From Lingula anatina (lineage: Eukaryota > Animalia > Brachiopoda), in NCBI GenBank assembly GCA_051362555.1, contig CM120640.1, positions 66,752,788-66,816,787 on the forward strand: a DNA stretch of 64,000 nt. The letters run 5' to 3'. The notes under the pieces are model-generated. The model was not told where the DNA came from. It saw only the letters and a program-made list of their open reading frames with translations, and ran no database searches. Of this stretch, positions 63,298 through 64,000 are shown piece after piece. Numbering within the stretch: the first letter of the stretch is position 1; each line of letters begins with the position of its first letter. Made by a program: the position numbers and the translations under genes.

Positions 63298-64000
63298 GTT
63301 TATGAAAAATGACAGCTATGCTCGACCTTATTTGATGTTGACCAAACAGTAGAGTCATCTCCTTACATATGTTTACCATACCAAAACACAATCAAAAGAA
63401 TAGTTTGTATTATTCCTGTCAAAACACATATTTGCATAACTGAAATGTCACGCACACATTCACTAACACCAATAAAGATGAAATGAAGGCAGCATGTATA
63501 ATTCAAAATAAATTATATTTTGGTATATTAATGGCTTCACCATTAACCACACAGAGAAATTCATGAATGAGCTGTTATCAAAATACTATTGTTTTTCTTT
63601 AACTTTGCACTATAATAATTTCTTTGTAACAATAACACATAGAACATGTAAAAAGCAACATTCAATTTGGTCATCAAATTATTTAAGTCAGTCTTTGTAT
63701 TCTTCCTCATCAACAGCAGTAAAATGTGACTGGATCATTATTTTTAAAGTTTCAATGAATTCCTGTGAAGAATCACTTCTAGGAAGGTAACTTCTTATAG
63801 ATGCCTGGAGCTGAAATTACAATATCAACAACATTTAGGTTTTGAGAAACATATACGTGGTATTAAGCTTTAGTTTAAGGTTGATTTATCTAACAGGAGG
63901 AAAAAACTGCATCTTTCACAATAATACACTTATATTAACTGTATGTACGTAGTAGTAGTACGTAGTAGTAGTTAACTGTCAATTCAACAGGTTTCAATGG

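Noticed and set aside
1-64000. tRNA, rRNA or snoRNA genes
   Set aside because: None recognised by eye. tRNAscan-SE or Infernal would be needed to exclude them.

Overview
AT-rich, intron-rich animal genomic DNA from an invertebrate bilaterian. The repeat types suggest a mollusc or other lophotrochozoan, which is an inference. There are no prokaryotic features. Three spliced genes can be rebuilt by hand: (1) the 3' 27 exons of Mediator subunit MED23 (+, 28..13094), with two minor-spliceosome (U12) introns, one AT-AC and one GT-AG; (2) a complete cAMP phosphodiesterase PDE7 (-, ~15403..54831) with a PDE7A1-like double PKA-pseudosubstrate N-terminus and a long C-terminal tail; (3) a 5-exon CABIT/Pro-rich/SAM adaptor of the GAREM/THEMIS type (-, 56692..62109). 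Introns hold an internally deleted Harbinger transposon, Harbinger-, Kolobok- and CAG..CTG-type MITEs (two with exact 6-bp TSDs), pearl/HINE-like elements with 159-bp internal repeats, a ~335-bp satellite array and a Tc1 relic. They also hold two inverted copies of a repeat with a hammerhead-ribozyme-like core. All exon coordinates and homology calls come from manual translation and remembered human sequences, not from database searches.
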